In this document: one piece after another, positions 62,031-64,000 of the stretch
How positions within the stretch are numbered: position 1 is the stretch's first letter
Layout of the letters: every line of letters begins with the position of its first letter
Assembly: GCF_009914755.1 (NCBI RefSeq)
Contig: NC_060926.1
Origin: the human T2T-CHM13v2.0 reference genome, Homo sapiens
Strand: one strand, 5' to 3'
Length of the DNA stretch: 64,000 nucleotides
The notes under the pieces: generated by a model
The model's database searches: none
What the model was told of the DNA's origin: nothing
What the model saw: only the letters and a program-made list of their open reading frames with translations
Program-made: the position numbers and the translations under genes

Positions 62031-63113
62031 AATGAATGAGTCTGCCATTGCTTTAAATATTCAAATTTAGAGAATGTAGAACTAATAAAATAATCAAAAT
62101 ATAGCCCTTCTATTATTTTTGCAGTCTATTAAAAACACCATTGTACCAGTAATTTGATGCAGGTTCAATCCAATATCAACCTCCAATCAAAATTTCCAAG
62201 TCAGATAAAAGTATATGTAATAGGAATCCAGAAAGAGATCCAGAAAATTGTGTTTCAATATTATGTATATCATCTGATTTTAATCACAAAGTGAATCTTT
62301 CATCTAGCATGTTGCCTGCCTCTCCTTTAATTTCTAATATGGTAAGTATTGAGCATACTAACCATGTCCTATGGACTATACTTACTAGATTACCATATTT
62401 ACCATTACTTATCTACATAGATATAACCTGCATCAACCAAAACTCTTTGAGGTCCTGAGTAATATTTGAGTGTAGAAGTTTGAGAACCAAACAGCTTGAG
62501 AACCACTATTCTCATCATAGTGACCGATTTCAAGTCTTTCAAGACTGGGACATTTGTTACTCTATGGCCACCCTGTATCTTAACCCCATCAGTGTTTAGA
62601 GAATTCCTCACCTTTTGAGTCCATGACAGTGAAAGTGACAAATATACTCCTTGTAGCTTGGGAGGAACAATTACCTTAGGTTCTATCAACCAATCACACA
62701 TATGCACTTGAACCTTTGAATCTGGAGCTAGTAAGTCTGGGCCATGAAGAATGCTGAGACGGAAGGAGCAATCAGGCCCTGGAAGCAGCAGGTCTAGTGG
62801 CATCTCCAGTGTCCACGGCACAAGCTGCAGTGTAGAATCCTGAGTTTGGGCAATAGTGTCGTCATCTTCCCCTGAACAATCCACAGACATGACTTTGGAT
62901 GTTTTTCCTAGTTATCTTGTCCTAACTTTGGTTCTCCAGCCTGGATCTCCTTTCTATGAACTACTCAATATCCTTTAAATACATTGTTTTTCAGCTTCAG
63001 ATATCCAGAGATGTTTAGTTGCTTGCAATTAAGAACTCTGACTGGTCCTATGAAAAACTGATTTCTTAGTTAGCTTCTGTGGTTATATATTTTGACCACT
63101 TTTATATTAATCA

Positions 63114-63530
<417 letters not shown>

Positions 63531-64000
63531 AACAACACAAATAAATTAAAACATCTAGCTTTTTGAAAGATGAAAAAAAATGTTGGCCTTCTACTCTGGC
63601 TATACATTTTTACTTAGACTTTGGAATTGTGATCCAACTTTCAACAAGCAGAGTGTAAGATTTTCATTGTATTACTTCCCAGCTGTGCAATTTCTATAAA
63701 ATGGGCAAGAGGCTCTGAAGAGAATGCCTGGTGACGCCATGCCATGTGCTTAGTTCATTATAAATCATTTCAAGTACCTCCAGCCTCGCTGAGCCAATCA
63801 AAACAGAAATCTTCTAACGCATTTGAGAGAATCTTGTTTTATAGAGTGCTTAAGAGAGGCATGAAAAGCATACTAGATTTCAAATGTACCAAATTATCCA
63901 GAAAGGATTTTGGAACTGGTTCCTATTAGGTTACTTTTCATTATTATTTAATACGACATATAAAATATAACGCTTTTCTGTTTGAGCTGCTAGTGCCTGG

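Noticed and set aside
60966-62890. 132-aa and 161-aa ORFs near the window end
   Set aside because: The first lies in an L1M 3'UTR fragment, the second in probable old LTR sequence; no domain or splice support

Overview
Human (primate) genomic DNA containing the complete STK17B (DRAK2, DAPK-family Ser/Thr kinase) gene on the minus strand. It has a CpG-island promoter at ~52.9-54.05 kb, a non-coding exon 1, and seven coding exons (122+213+145+127+49+180+283 = 1119 nt = 372 aa + TAG, all GT-AG introns, phases consistent). The ~3.9 kb 3'UTR ends near an AATAAA at 15671-15676. Immediately downstream (5422-15226) is a ~9.8 kb defective ERV1-class provirus with two LTRs, a tRNA-Pro PBS, a PPT and gag/pol remnants. 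It is inserted into a MER44/Tigger7 element and itself carries later Alu insertions. The rest is Alu-dense with MIR, L1M, MaLR LTR and hAT fragments. I found no evidence of a wholly new gene or biological system; nearly all listed ORFs other than STK17B exons and ERV remnants are Alu or GC-rich artefacts. The most unusual signals are three apparent DNA-templated (non-retrotransposition) copy events involving Alu pieces: one nearly identical with a fold-back junction, one old, and one tailless internal fragment in an LTR. Also notable are four miR-17-family seed sites in the 3'UTR, a candidate upstream alternative first exon, a re-splice-type GT at the start of exon 2, and retained promoter/poly(A) polarity of the provirus just downstream of the gene. 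Repeat subfamily names are from recalled consensus sequences and need RepeatMasker/Dfam confirmation.
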